Source of the DNA: Magallana gigas
Taxonomy: Eukaryota
DNA: 64,000 bases
Reading direction: 5' to 3'
NCBI RefSeq assembly: GCF_963853765.1
Contig: NC_088858.1
Location: 12,958,001 to 13,022,000 of the forward strand
Shown: piece by piece, positions 1 to 14,284 of the stretch
How positions within the stretch are numbered: the stretch's first letter is position 1
How the letters are laid out: the number at the start of each line of letters is the position of its first letter
The notes under the pieces: model-generated
Seen by the model: only the letters and a program-made list of their open reading frames with translations
The model's database searches: none
What the model was told of the DNA's origin: nothing
Made by a program: the position numbers and the translations under genes

Positions 1-2592
1 TGAGGCAAAAATAGTTGAAAAGCAGCTATATACCCACTCGCTCTCAATAATTAAGGCTAATAAATGACCTTGCATAAGGGTCGGATCTAAATCCTAATGT
101 TCACAAACTCATGGCAAATGTTACAAAAAATAGCCATTGTATGATGTTACTAAAAGGTTCTGGGGAAAATGACATGCTTAATTATTGTAAAATCAAGGAC
201 TGAAACATGGGGAAACAAAATTGGAATTTTTCTGAAGAGAGATGTGGATGATTTGTATTTAAATATCTTACCACATCACAACTTTTTCTCCTGAAGCAAG
301 ATTTGTCATCAAATGGAGATCTCAGTAACTGAAAGATATAAGGACAAAATTAAAGCAAAAAATGAATGGTTTAGTGTTGTAATTTTAACCAATTTATTAA
401 CATTTAAGAAAATATGATATAACTTTAAAAGTTTAGAAATCACACACTGATACAACCCATTTTTTTTTAAATTGATCAATATACATTATGATACACTGAT
501 ATATTTAAGACTTTCAAATTAATTTATGAATTGTGAAAAAAAATGAAAAGACAATATTGCTATATACCATAATAATTAATCATAGATTAGTAAGATTAGT
601 AACTGATATAATAACAGTATTTTAATAAAAAGAAAAGATTACCATAAATATCAAAAAGTTTATTTCCAAAATTATAATGCACTGTATTTCATGAAATAGA
701 AATATTTTTCCAGGAGCATAGTTATGTTTCTTTCTTGTATTAAACAAATTAAAAGCTAGAAAAAGGTAAAAGAAAAAAAGACTCAGAATCAAATAATCTA
801 TTTGAGTACTACAATACTGCCTGTAGACCACTAAATGAAAGTTTCAGTACATAATTTCTAAGTCAGTTTGGATTTTAGAATTTACAGCCAGCAAAGAAAA
901 ATATGAACATCAGACAAAACCATCTTATCTTTCCCACATAAAGAGCATTCCAGTGCAATTAAATTGCACCCCTTTTATGAGTGATAAATATCTTTTAATT
1001 TCTCAAAACCACATTTCCAAGTAGCATGTATGCATTTGTGTACCTGCACCTGTGTTTTGCATGTTTGCATTCAACTGTCATTGAACAAATGAAATTGCAA
1101 ACATATTAATCAATTTGTCCCCAGCCATGTACACCTAATAACAAACCTGTTTTCTCATAAATTCTCTTTGCTTGTAACAACAATGTTACCTTAAAAATAG
1201 TGAAAGCGAAAACAGATTTTTGCATCGAGAAAACTTAATACAAGATTAATTATTTCTTGAGGATTATCATGCAGTTGTACCTTAGGAAAGTTTATAGCAC
1301 AATTTGGCATCTATAGCGCCAACAGCCAGGGAAATAAGTAAAGGCATAGTCTGTTGCCTTTCACTACTTAATCACAAAGTTAGTTCTGAATGCGATCCCT
1401 CACCTTAACTGCATTAGCTAGACTCAGAAGTTATGATTTGGTGACAATGTTTTACCTTTTTTTTTAAACAACTGCTACAAAAAACACTTGACTGGCATTA
1501 GAAAGACATTGAACATTGGTATAAAAAGGGGGCATATTACGTTTTATCCATTTCAAATGTTCCATAGATGCAATATTCTATCATACATATACATGTACCT
1601 AATAATTGTTTTAATGAATCTCTAACTGTTAGCAACACAAGTTGTAATTACACACTGGTAGTCATAGAAATAATAAAATTTAAAATGATTGCAATGGTAA
1701 TAATTAGATGGTAAAATAAGGTATCTAACAGTATTTTTAATATATATTTGCATTTCACGTGAAAAAACGTCGTTTATGCAAAATCTCCCCCTTAGCCAAG
1801 TTGGTAAGGGGGAGATTCTCCTACATAGCAGCTTTGGAAGGTTAACAGGTATGCTAACATCTAATTTTTACAATTAATAAATATATTTTTTCAAAGGTTT
1901 GGTAAGTGTCTGTTGTATTCAGAAAAAAATGAGACTATTTTCTGAGTAGAAATTTTTCATGGGCAACTAGTTTTCTACAACTTTTACATGGAACTTTATA
2001 TCATATCATTTTTATTGAATCAATTAAATCTTCTTAAAAGGAATAATATTTTATGAGAGTGCAATGCATGGCTCATTCATATTTATCCTCATTTGCAATA
2101 TCTTTGCATATCAAACTCTGAGTTTACTTTTTTTTAAAGTTGGAAAAACCATATAAGGGTGACAAGCAGGATTTAAAATCAATATTAGATTTATCTCTTT
2201 TATTAAATTCCAATTTCTTTTAATTTAACATGTAACAAGTACAGGCAAAACATTAATTGTATCGTGACTAGTACATTGTATTTGTTCATAATCTGCTACT
2301 ATAACAAAATTAAGATGCAGTTCATCTAATTTGAAAACTTTAATTTTACCCCACTCCTTTATAAAACAAAATTTAAATTTAAAAAAAATATCGATTTATC
2401 TATGGTGAAATGATCAAAATTTCTTTGTTGAATCGGGTGTTCTTAAGTTTAAGTAAATGATGATGTGAGAAATTAACCCTTGTTTTAAATTTCTTGGCAC
2501 GGAATAAAAAGCGTCGAAAAAGTTATTTTATACAAATTTGAAAACGGGTAAATTTGATCAAAAAGTGAATAGGAACACCAATAATTGTATAC

Positions 2593-2736
2593 CTCTTGCA
2601 GACATTTGGCCCGACACTGGGCCTTGGTGACAATTGGCCCTGGTATAAGTCCAACATCGGCGAAGACCAAAACACAGGCAGAAATCCATAGCACCAATGT
2701 CACACAAATTGTTTTCACTCTTAAAACTCCATCCAT
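2593..2736 (-). CDS. First coding exon (48 aa) of a secreted Cys-containing protein, possibly anosmin-1/KAL1-like; remainder of the gene lies left of the window
   Basis: ATG at 2736 gives MDGVLRVKTICVTLVLWISACVLVFADVGLIPGPIVTKAQCRAKCLQE, ending at donor GAG|GTATAC (phase 0). A hydrophobic signal peptide is followed by AQCRAKCL, which resembles the ARCASRCL cysteine box of anosmin-1 as I recall it. A candidate acceptor (tactacag) lies at 2813. No further exon was found in 1-2592. Confidence 0.55.
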
Positions 2737-4162
2737 AGTTATATTTTTTGGTGTTTTTTTTTAAGTTTTGTTTTTCACCAATATCACGACCTTAGTGCCC
2801 CATGACTTATAACTGTAGTATGGAACAGTTATTTCCGTAAATACGAATTTGTGCCCGCGCACTCATCACGTAACAACTTGAAGTGCCTCCGATTGTTGTA
2901 GAGGAATGTCGGATATATCTTATCTATATTATATTTATATTGGAGATGAATTATTATGAAAAAACGGCGATAAAGCACTCTCTCGATAATTACTGCAAAA
3001 ACGTGCGCGGAAAGCTGGAAGGCTGGGTCCGTGATCTTCAAACGCTAATCCCGAATCACATGGCCTCTCCTTATTAATCCGTAATTAATTGTAATATTCA
3101 CTTCGACTGCTTATCATCCACGGCGCTAGAAGCCTTACTTGCCAAGAAGTAGCCCCTTTCCTTAAAACTCTCACCATTAATTAACCTCTGGAACTCGTTT
3201 ATATAACGATACTTCTCAAAGAAAAAAAGTATTATATCCTCCCGGAGCACGGGGCTTGATGCGGATACTCAAGCAGGTAGAAGAATCAAACACCAAAACT
3301 TAACATTAAACTAATTGCCGAGGCGTGTTAGGTCATAGACATATACATCGAAGCTCTTTTTGTTCCTCCGTTGACTGTAATGTGTGCCGTTAACTCGGAA
3401 CTTCTTCTACTGTAACCCGAATCTCTCCCTGTATCTCTTCTTATCGCCCAACCTCTACGTAGGCTCGCAAACAAATCACATCAGACATGCCATAGATTCA
3501 TCTACCGCTTCTAAACCTCCAGATATTCAGTTTGATAAACTCCCGTTTCGAGTTTTTTCTTCTTTCTCTCTCTCTTTTATTTTTATCTGAGACAATCTGG
3601 GTCAAATTGAGTTACTATAGAATGGAACTCATACGATCCAAAGACTTTGGTTCCATTGTTTTTCAAAATTAATTAACAAATTCAAGAGTTTCTTCCATTA
3701 ATTTAAAAAAGAAAAATGAAAGGACGTTGATTAACGTGAAATAGAACAGCCTTGTTCAAAACTTGAAAGAGATCTTAATTGAATCACGAACAACAAATAA
3801 ATAAGCGACATTATAGGTTACTTATCATACTCTGTGGACAACTCTCTTCAAAAGAAGACGATAGTGCGGGGCCCCAGTACCGTTCATTACCTGACCCCTG
3901 GACCCTTCCCTTCAAAACGCTTTGTTAACAAGCAGTGCTAATTGATTATTTTATCCCCGAATCCCGACAAAATTGTTTATAAACAGAGTACGCAATCTGC
4001 ACGTACCAATTAACCCCTTCGAGCGAAATTCTTTTACACAACATAAACATGTAAATACGAAAATTGGTTTCATACGCTGCGCGTGCAACAAGTGATGCAC
4101 TTGAAGTAATTTCCTGGTTGCTACCGCTGCAGAGCCGATGTCACGTTACATTCAACCGTGCG

Positions 4163-4170
4163 TGACGTCA
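4163..4170. promoter_or_regulatory. Perfect CRE palindrome (TGACGTCA) in a GC-richer island upstream of the minus-strand secreted-protein exon
   Basis: cgTGACGTCAat at 4161-4172 lies in a CpG-containing stretch (~3850-4200). Function is inferred only. Confidence 0.3.
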
Positions 4171-5539
4171 ATATTTCCCCTTTGAGACCTCCATGGTGAT
4201 TGCTCTTGTCAGTGGACAAGAAACGTTCGACCCAAAGTCTCACAGATTTTTGTTTTCTTTTGTTGATGTATTTGTCATTTTTCCTCCTAAGACATATGTA
4301 ATTTTCTCGGTGGTCTGCCTTCTGACTGTTTTCGCTTGTTTTTGTAGCGTTAAGAATTTTGCAATCCGTGCATTTTGAGATTTTTTTTTTTGCGTTGCTG
4401 TCTGTTGCACAAAGGGAATCATTTATACAATACCATAAAAGAACATTGTGCGTTACAGAAGAGATTTTATGGAGATTTCTCCCTCTCCATTGCTTGATCC
4501 CACAACGTTACGCCGGGGAAAATGTCAAATTTTAATTACTGCATACACGGCGTCGTTTTCTTTTGGGAAATCCAGTGCCGTATTTTCATGGCATTGGTTA
4601 TAGAGACTATGATCCGAGTGAGACATCTTCATAATTATCTATATGTAAAAAAATATCTTGAACTGATTTAACGATGATCTGCAAACTGATTTCACCAATT
4701 AATATTTCACTAGCGATTTGTAAAACATCGGGACAATATTTTAAGAGACTACGTAACAATTAAAAATCTAAGACAGAGGAGTGTTCGTGTGTGCATTAAG
4801 AAATGCGCACCCCATAAAGTAAACATCATTGAAAAAAATGTCAAAAGTAAACATTTACAAGAAGTCATAATCCTTTTCAAATATCTTTTGCACGTTGATT
4901 CTCAGAGGCTTTTACAGCGCGACGCAGTTTTATAAAACATTCAAATGTATCCACGTATTCTATTGATTAAAGTGCTAAAAGGTGGTAAAATTAATTGTTC
5001 TACAAATCCATGCAATTCATAAATTGAATTTGTCTGATCTAAAGTTTTTCAAACTTAAAATCAAACACTAATCTGGGATTAGAAATGAACTGTTAAGGTT
5101 TTGAAATAGACAGACATTTATCGAAAATCGTTCACCAATTTCTCACTTCATTATCACTTACTTAATAGAATATGATACCAAAATTCTAGAGAGTCATTGC
5201 GAAAGTTTTGTCTTTTTCTTGTAAATGTGTTATATTTTTTTTTATTGCCACTAAAAGACAAAATAAAGCGCTAAACATAGAGAACGCATAAACAACTTTT
5301 TAAGACAATTCAAGCATCAGTGCCACACCCACGTTTATACACGTACCTTGGTTCCAAGATACGACGCATCTTGGTAAAACTCCCAATGTGGTAGGGTACT
5401 ATCATTGAAAACAAAATACATTTACACGTAAAAAGGCCAGAAAGTCTTTTCTTTTATCACCCCCAAAACGTACACTTAAAACAACTGTTGATATGATATG
5501 TAATACAGATAATGAATATTGATGTTGACATGTTTTCTC

Positions 5540-6281
5540 AATACTACATGCTGAATTGGTCATAACGTGATCCAGATACTATATGTTGGTCTGACGTGTG
5601 ACCCATATACTACACGTTGATCCAGATACTATATGTTGATCTTATTTTTATTATCCAGATACTACATGCTGGTCTGTCTTGTTATCCAGATGACTAATTG
5701 CTGGTCTGATCAGTGATGCAGATACTGTATGCTGGTCTGACTTGTAATTTATAAACAACGTGGTGGTCTGACTTGTGATTTAGATACTACATGTCGGTCT
5801 TATTTGTGATCAAGATACTATATGTCGATCCGACTTGTTATCCAGATACAACATATTGGTCTGACTTGTTATCCAGATACTAGTACTACATATTGGTCTG
5901 ACTTGTCATCCAGATACTACATACATGTTGGTCTGACTTGTTATCCAGATACTACATACATGTTGGTCTGACTTGTTATCCAGATACTACATATTGGTCT
6001 GACTTGTTATCCAGATACAACATATTGGTCTGACTTGTAATCCAGATACTACATACATGTTGGTCTGACTTGTTATCCAGATACTACGTATTGGTCTGAC
6101 TTGTTATCCAGATACATACATACATGTTGGTCTGACTTGTTATCCAGATACAACATATTAGTCTGACTTGTTATCCAGATACTAGTACTACATATTGGTC
6201 TGACTTGTTATCCAGATACAACATATTGGTCTGACTTGTTATCCAGATACTATTACTTATTAGGTTAGTTACTGACTCACT

Positions 6282-6318
<37 letters not shown>

Positions 6319-7770
6319 GAGGCGAAGCCGAGCCGTCTATGACATTGATCAACCCAATATATTTCCGTAGTGAGTCAGTAACTAACCTAATAAGTGTTTT
6401 GTTTTCCCGAGGACTATCAAGCGACATATTTATTCACAAATAGCGTTGATCTACGCAAATCCATGTACAAGATGCCTAACGTCGCTTCCAATTTAACTCA
6501 TTTAAACTCTTCAAAATTTTCAATCTCACCTTTCAATAGTCTTTTAAAATCTTTGCTTCACCCATGTTTACCTACAAAGTTTTCTTGCTATTTAATTTTA
6601 AATGTTTTCTCCCTTTCCTCTGCAGAGATTTGAGCAAATTTCAACGCTGCCATTTTGTTCTGCTCCAGACAAAACAAAGTGACGTCAATATTCTAAGGGC
6701 AACTACTCTAATTTTAAAGAATTTCAAAGGGCAACTACTCCAAATACTTTAAGAACTTACGGCATGCGGTTTATGTATTAAATACTATGAAATATCGAAA
6801 TGAGTAAGCGAAGCGTCGGCCAACGACGGCCATATTGCCTAATATTATTTCTCACCGAACAAATATAGAAATATATGAGGCAATAACGTGCTATGTTTAA
6901 ACCAATGAAAGTGTGACATTTCAGTTCAATGGAAAACAAAACATATTGGTACGACTTGTTATCCAGATACTAGTACTACATATTGGTCTGACTTGTTATC
7001 CAGATACTAGTGCTACATATTGGTCTGACTTGTTATCCAGATAGTACATATTGGTCTGACTTGTTATCCAGATGCTACATACTGGTCTGACTTGTTATCC
7101 AGATACTAGTACTACATATTGATCTGACTTGTTATCCAGATAGGCCTACTACATACTGGTCTGACTTGTTATCCAGATACTAGTACTACATATTGATCTG
7201 ACTTGTTATCCAGATACTACATATTGGTCTGACTTGTTATCCAGATACTACATATTGGTCTGACTTGTTATCCAGATACAACATATTGGTCTGACTTGTT
7301 ATCCAGATACTACATGTCGGAAATACTTGTGATCCAGATACTACATACTGGTCTGACTTGTGATGAAGACATTGCATGCTAGTATTTCTTAGGATACATA
7401 TACTGCATATTCATCTTATTTGTCATCTAGACTCTACATGTTTGTCTACTTTGTGATCCAGACCTTTATGTTAGTCTGACTTGTGATCCAGATACTACAT
7501 ATTGGTCTGACTTATGATCTAGATACTACTTATTGGTCTGACTTATGATCCAGATACTATATGCTGGAGTGATTTGTGATTCAGATACTACATGTTGAAG
7601 TGATCCGGATACTAAATATTGGTCTGACTTATGATCCAGATACTTAATGATGTAGTGAATTATAATTAGACACTACACGTTGGTTCGACTTGTGATCTAG
7701 ACACTCCATTTTGGAGTGGCGTATGATCAAGATTCTACATTTTATTCACACTTAAAATCCAGATTCTACA
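5540..7770. repeat. ~31-bp minisatellite array (consensus TTATCCAGATACTACATATTGGTCTGACTTG), interrupted by an insertion at 6255-6943
   Basis: Dozens of tandem copies. The core is homogeneous (~5830-6250 and ~6945-7310), the flanks are degenerate, and variants carry 4-5 bp internal duplications (TAGTA, CATA). Confidence 0.95.
6255..6943. mobile_element. Non-autonomous foldback element inserted in the minisatellite (Crypton-like, tentative)
   Basis: A 141-bp near-perfect hairpin (6255-6395) has a GGCGAAGCC apex. It is followed by a segment bounded by inverted repeats TGTTTTGTTTTCC (6395-6407) and GGAAAACAAAACA (6931-6943). The satellite resumes at ~6941 and no TSD is evident. Confidence 0.65.
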
Positions 7771-8002
7771 TACATTATGAGCCATATAATTAATCTTGTC
7801 CTGACTCGTCCTTTGATTACAATTTACACTATGGCAACTTTTATTTCAATTCCCAGAGTACATCGAACATCCCCCTCCTTGCAAACAAAATTATCTTTGG
7901 ACCCCCTCCCTCTTCCCTTGGACGAAGGATCAATATTCTGAAATGAGACGTTGCGCTATGATTACTTGTTTATACTTATGATATATGTTATATGTTGTGA
8001 TG

Positions 8003-8735
8003 AATAAATAGTGCCTGTTTGGGAGGATAACAGTTGAAATTGACACCCCGAGGAAACCATTGCCAACCGACGCGAAGCGGCGGTTGACAAAGGCTTTCGA
8101 GGGGTGTCAATTTCAACTTTTATCCTCCCAAACAGGCACTATTTATTTTATTATACTGAATGTCTTAATTTTAGAGAATTTTTTTACTGCTTTTATATAG
8201 AAATGACGTGAATTCTACTGTGAAACGTACGCGCATAATCTACATGTAACAATTCGTTTTATTATACTTTCATGTTAAATACTGCAATCTGATTGGTTTA
8301 AACGCAGTTGGTAATCCGTTCTATTACCCTCAACGTGAGCAACACACTTGGCAACGGGTAACACAACGAATTGTTACATGCGCGGAAATTATGCGCATAC
8401 GGTTCGCCGTAGAATTCACTTCATTTCTATATATAAGCAGTAAAATCTTCTTTTAAACTAAAACATTCAGTATAATAAAATGAATAGTGCCTGTTTGGGA
8501 GGGTAAGAGTTGAAATTGACACCCCTCGAAAGCCATTGTCAACCTCCGCTTCGCGTCGGTTGACAATGGTTTACTTGGGGTGTCAATTTTAACAGTTACC
8601 CTCCCAAACAGGCACTATTTATATAGTGTTACCCGTTGCTAAGTGTGTTACTAACGCTTAGGGTTATAGAACGGATTATCAACTGCGTCTTTAGAAACCA
8701 ATCAGATTTCAGTATTTAACATGAAAGTATAATAA
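8003..8735. mobile_element. Nested palindromic non-autonomous element(s) with two inverted GCGAAGC hairpins (Crypton-like, tentative)
   Basis: Hairpin 8003-8147 has an inverted copy at ~8482-8622. The arms 8148-8220 and ~8408-8480 are mutually inverted. A ~110-bp segment at ~8258-8370 has an inverted copy at ~8626-8735. Confidence 0.7.
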
Positions 8736-11700
8736 TGTACACCAATAGTATGCTTCTCAGACTTCCATATGCTTGCTCCATTTCCTCACAAGGCACCTGA
8801 CCACCAAGATAATCCGATAACAGTTATTGGACCATTATATGAGAGCAAAAAGAGTTTTTAAAAAAAAATCATTTACAAAATAGTAAAAAGCAGAAGCTGG
8901 ACACATTCTGATAAAATAGAATAAAATAAAAACTGAGAAGATAACATTTTAAATCTGAAATTGCATATACTTTTTGCTACATGTATATTGAACCTATTTT
9001 CCCTTAATTTGGAGTGTGTTATTATTCAATGTAGCTGCTGATCACCATTTATTCCCGTCCATTATTCCGTGAGAGCCTCAGTTTTGCTTTGTCATCAGTA
9101 GGTGGATACGCCATTGAGGTCGCAATGCTTGAGACACACGTGCGTAATTTCCATTATAAGTGGCACATATCACGATTTCATTAAAGTTTCATTATTGCCA
9201 GGGCTAAAAAGATTAAAACCTTGTCATGTTTATATCTATTGTTTACCCATCGTCTTCGAGAACAAAAAAAAAATAATTAAAAAAAATGAAAACTTTGCTG
9301 TGAAGCATGAAATCCGAAATCCAAGTTGATAGACACTAATAAAGGGCAAATGGATATCGGGTGCCATATCACCTCACATTTCATCTTAAAAATTTGTTAC
9401 GATGTTTCCGAAGATAAGAGTTCACCAGAATTCAGGAGCTTTAGGGACAATATATATTGTTTGTTATCTAAACGTTATAACCATACACTTAAATATGACG
9501 TGGTGATGAAACATAGAAGAATAATAGTACACTGAAAACTAAATAGATTAATTGTTGTTCGGTTCAAGCAAAAAAAAAATAAAAATAAAATCTTGCGTAC
9601 ATCTGTTTTCACTGTCATTTTGAACCTCCTAGGATTTACGAACCTCATGACACATTTATGGAACTCTTTTATTTTGACGTTAATGATTCCTATGTCACGT
9701 GACTGGTACGAAGTTCAACAACTGACCTCTACCAAGCAGCTACTTACAACATTTCTTGTATTTAGTTTAACATCAGGGAGAAAAAAAACCTGGTGTAAGA
9801 TAACGGGTCGTCAATATAAGTCATGTTTATTTACTTCAACCAATAAATCAAAAGTTAGAGTGGAACTACGTAAGCTTGCTTAGATTTCAGTTCCGATTAA
9901 AACCACAATTAACTAAGGGAAATAGATCAAACGTATTCCGTTTCCTGTCTTCAATGTTTTTAAATATGAGATGTGTTCAACTTCATCGTTTTGCAGTTAA
10001 AACAGTAAAGTCAATCATGTTAACGTTAGAACGTTGTTTTCTATGAAGTAAGGACATAACAACCGAGTAACAGACGCTAATTACATTTATTCACCACAGA
10101 AGATGACGTTGAGTAAGTTCATTTAAAATTAATCAAAGAAATGCAGCACAGTGTCAATAGAATATGCTATGATAATGATGTAATCATTTTTACTATTTCT
10201 AATGAGATGCATGTTTAAAAATTCTCAAAATTAATACGAACGCATGGAAGTCTTTTTTGACGTTATTGCAAGACAAACAAATTAAAAAAAATTGAATGAG
10301 TTTTAATCAAGCAGGATTATTTACTAATATATTGATAACGAGAAGAATATTAATTAATAAAAGGCCGTTATTTGGACTAGAAAAAAAGAAATATATGCTT
10401 TGACATATAAATTCTTGCTCATCTTTTCGACTGAATCGAAACTAAGTCAAATGATCAAGAAGAGTTCTCTCTTACTGTAGAGTAATTCAAAACTGCGATG
10501 GTTGTTTCATTATTTGTTTAAGTATGTTATATATAAGCCTTTTATTTAACAGTTTTCGCAAATCTGAGATTTACATATTAGTATATCATGAAAATAGAAG
10601 AAAAGAGAAAAAAATATCAAAATTAGATACTGCATACAAATACATCGTTCTGGGAATGTTTCATTTACGTAAAAACTTGCTGACGATTTAGAATAAATAA
10701 TATAAGACAAAATGAATGTTTCAGATAACACTATTTATAGTCTTCTTGAAATGGATGAATTTACAGTGTATTTGTTATCTACAACTACAGTTCTGGTGAA
10801 ACGTTATTGAAACATAATGACAATAAATAAAAAGGGAAAAATCCCCCCCCCCACTCCTTTCATAAATAAAAATTACGAATTAAAATATTATCGACAAAAC
10901 AAAGGAAATGATAATATTTTCACAAATTCAAATATCAGTAAAGTGATTTTTTTGTTTGATTTGAAACAGATATTACACAAGCAGTTTCTGCCTACATAAT
11001 TTAAACGTATGTACTTCAAAATTAATATTCATCTCTAACCTACATTTATTTTCAAAAGTACTAATTTTACGCTAAAGCAATCAACATCGAATGAAAGGCC
11101 ACATGCAATAGGACTTGGACAGAGCAAAGAGGAATTACTGCTATTCAGAAAGCTAGCATTGACGTCATCATTAGGAAAACCGAGGCGATAGAGCTCATAT
11201 TTCTTTGGCTTTAGCTCATCTTAGGGACACAAATTTTCCAAAACGAATAGCAGATAAGAATAAAAAGCATCTAATTTTATAATGATTAAATTTTTTAAGT
11301 CAATCCAATTCGGTTTAAAGTCTGGATAGTTCTACATGTACTTGTAAATGTGAAAAAGGGGCACCGACTACTTGTGTTTTTAAACATAAAACTCTCCCCG
11401 AGTGTTCACTGTTCCAAAAAATACTTGTTCAGTTAAAGCTCGTTGACCAAGTTCCTTATCCCCACGGGTGTTCATGGAGACAGCGTGAACTGACACTTGT
11501 TCACTCTCTTAAATTTGGGAGAACGGGAGAAAATCTGGTGAGAAAATAGAAAACAATGTAACGTCGTTACGTCTGGGGTGAAACATCTTGTTATCGAATT
11601 CTCAGGAACTAATTAATTAATTTTTTCCTCAGCATCAGGTGTGTGTTTTTCCGGTGCTTTAACCCATCCCAGTTTTATCAGATAACCTCTCCTTCTTGTG

Positions 11701-12101
11701 AGTAGGATATCCTTTCGATAAGACACGACTTATGCTTGGCATAAACAAGTGTATATATATATGCTTTGTATATGAGCATATTCGAACGAACGATGTCTCA
11801 AAGGTTGCAAAAACCCCAAGGACTCATCACACTAAGATGAAATACAATAACTTAGAGACGCAAAAGCTTGAAATTAAAACATACTGAACGTTTATTTTTT
11901 AGTGAACGTATTCTTTGATTTTTCGAAATTTTAATCAAGTTGACGTGTGAACATACTCATCCTATATTTTTTTCCGAAAAAAAATTTCAGGTACGTCGCA
12001 AAAAAGAGAAAAAAAAAACATCAAAAGCCATTTGTTTGATAGGTAGCGTTATCATATTGTGTCTATATAAATGTTAATTTAGAATTTTTAAATCTTTACA
12101 A

Positions 12102-12103
<2 letters not shown>

Positions 12104-12133
<30 letters not shown>
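12104..12133. repeat. (CT)n microsatellite
   Basis: Direct reading of the sequence. Confidence 0.95.
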
Positions 12134-12137
<4 letters not shown>

Positions 12138-12469
12138 ACAAAACCGATTTTAAAATACAAAGTTTAGTTAGTTGTGTTAGCTATCACTAGTAGGTGTTTT
12201 AAAATTTGTCTACCTTCTTACTTAAACGTGTTGGTAACATAAATGAAACAAACACTTGTAAATCTAACCGTTGCGGAGCAATAACTGGCACAGTATTTAT
12301 TATCTCCAGGTCTTTATTTATTCCGTTGGTGCTAAATCTTCGTCAGAGATCTCAAATATACATACAACAAATTGCGTGCATTAAATAAACTTATAGATGT
12401 CAAATAATTAACAAGATTTCTGTGTTACTTAACAACGGGTCGTCGATCGATGGCCGAGCAGCGACTCAC

Positions 12470-12693
12470 CTTTGATGCATGGGGGAGACGCACCGGGGTT
12501 TTTGTGGGAATATAAAGAGCTTGTAGTCGTAAGCGAGTCTCCTTAGGACAGACAACAGGAAATTTCGCTCGAGAGATTCGTTTCCAAGGAATACAGAATC
12601 CTCGCCCCGGATATTCAACACAGACAGTTTGTTTGAAACTGAAGCCGTTGTTATTCCTCCCCCAAATCCCACAGAAAAAAAGAAAATCGTTTT
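12470..12693 (-). other. Candidate exon (5'UTR or unassigned coding)
   Basis: On the minus strand there is a strong donor CAAAG|GTGAGT at 12470/12469 and an acceptor TTTCACAG at 12694. The segment is GC-richer than its flanks, and two reading frames are open across most of it. Confidence 0.3.
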
Positions 12694-14084
12694 CTGTGAA
12701 ACAAATTTTAAAAAACGTTTCTATAAAATCAAAATGATATGGAAAACATTTCATGAACAATTTTATTTAAGTTGATTTGTTCATATTGTTACATACATGT
12801 ACATCTATATATACAGCGTGTGTTGAAATATCTATGAAAAAAAGAGCCGCATTTTTGGATATTTCGGATTTAGAAAAAAATTACTTTTTATATTGCTAAT
12901 TTGCAATATTGTTTAAGGAATTATAGAGCCAAAGATACATGCATATTACATTTTTAGTTCAATAAATATATGAAAATATTAATTCAAGAATAAATGGATT
13001 TGTCTGATTTAAGACAAAGTATGATGATCAAACAAAGTAATATGATATCTTATTTTCGATCTCAGAAGTTTTAAGTAAATTCATTTAGAATATAACACTC
13101 GGGTACTCATATAACTTGATCACTTTCTTCATTAACTTTTAAACATCCCCAGCAGGCGACGTTCAAAGGACTTCAATGGAATCACAAAATACATCGAAGA
13201 AAACTTTATTGACTATGAAAAGGTTACTGAACAGCACTTGTTAAAATTTTATAAACCCGTATTTTTCCGACAATGACCCTTTGTGCTATTATGCAGTGTT
13301 TATTTACAATGCAGAGCCTTTTCAGCTGTGAATAATTCTTGGCCACTTAGATTTGTCAAAACAGAATTAAGTATTGTTATCCAGTTTGTCTGAATAACAC
13401 ATCTACCTGTTGTGCAGAAAGATAGGAAAGGGCTTGGAAAGATTTAAAATATACACGTACTGAGAAAGTCCATTTAAATTGACCAAATCCTGCACAATGA
13501 TAAAGATTTTTTTTGAAGGTTGATGTCCCGAATTAATAAAACAACGAGGATTAGCGACAGATCACAAGGTAAGAAATTGACCTTGTTTTGTACAAAAATA
13601 TTACTTATGTAAACCTAATATTATTATAACAAAATGGCTACAAATGATATAGTCATAAGGAAATCATTATCGCACAACTTGGTTTAGATATAATTCCTTT
13701 TCTTAAATGTAAGAAAACAAAAAGTAAGATCACAGAAGAATTGGCGGGAAAACCTTTATGATTTCCATAGAGATGCAATTTTTATTGAGGTGTGATTTTC
13801 GTGATCAATACTACATGTAATCAAACGGCAGTATTCCCCTACCCTGCTCCAGTTTTATGTCCAAGAAGGCAATAAACATAACCGGAAATGCTTCCAATTA
13901 TACATGGAATACTTTCTTCTGCAGAAAAAGCGCCAGATTTTGTTTCTCAAGACAAGCGTCTGATTGGGGACATAAAGAAGTATTGATTGAGAAATCCCCC
14001 TCTTGACTTGTAGTGCTTTGCCTCTCTCTCTCTCTGTATGATGCTAACGAGCAACATACAACAAAGCGGATTGACACAACACCT

Positions 14085-14088
<4 letters not shown>

Positions 14089-14178
<90 letters not shown>
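14089..14178. repeat. (CT)n microsatellite
   Basis: Direct reading; it explains the poly-RE and poly-LS ORFs in the track. Confidence 0.95.
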
Positions 14179-14181
<3 letters not shown>

Positions 14182-14284
14182 AACAAGATCATTTTCAAGA
14201 CTCGACAATATATACTCGTATAATGTGTTACCTAATAGAATATTTTTTCTGTTCTTAAAAATTTTCATTAGCTCATGCAGTAAT

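Noticed and set aside
1782-1817. Short hairpin AATCTCCCCCTTA...TAAGGGGGAGATT
   Set aside because: It could be a Helitron-type end, but I found no matching other terminus or CTRR end.
5540-7770. Regular ~31-bp repeats resembling a CRISPR array
   Set aside because: The units are head-to-tail with no unique spacers, there are no cas genes, and the context is eukaryotic. The same applies to the 64- and 87-bp arrays.
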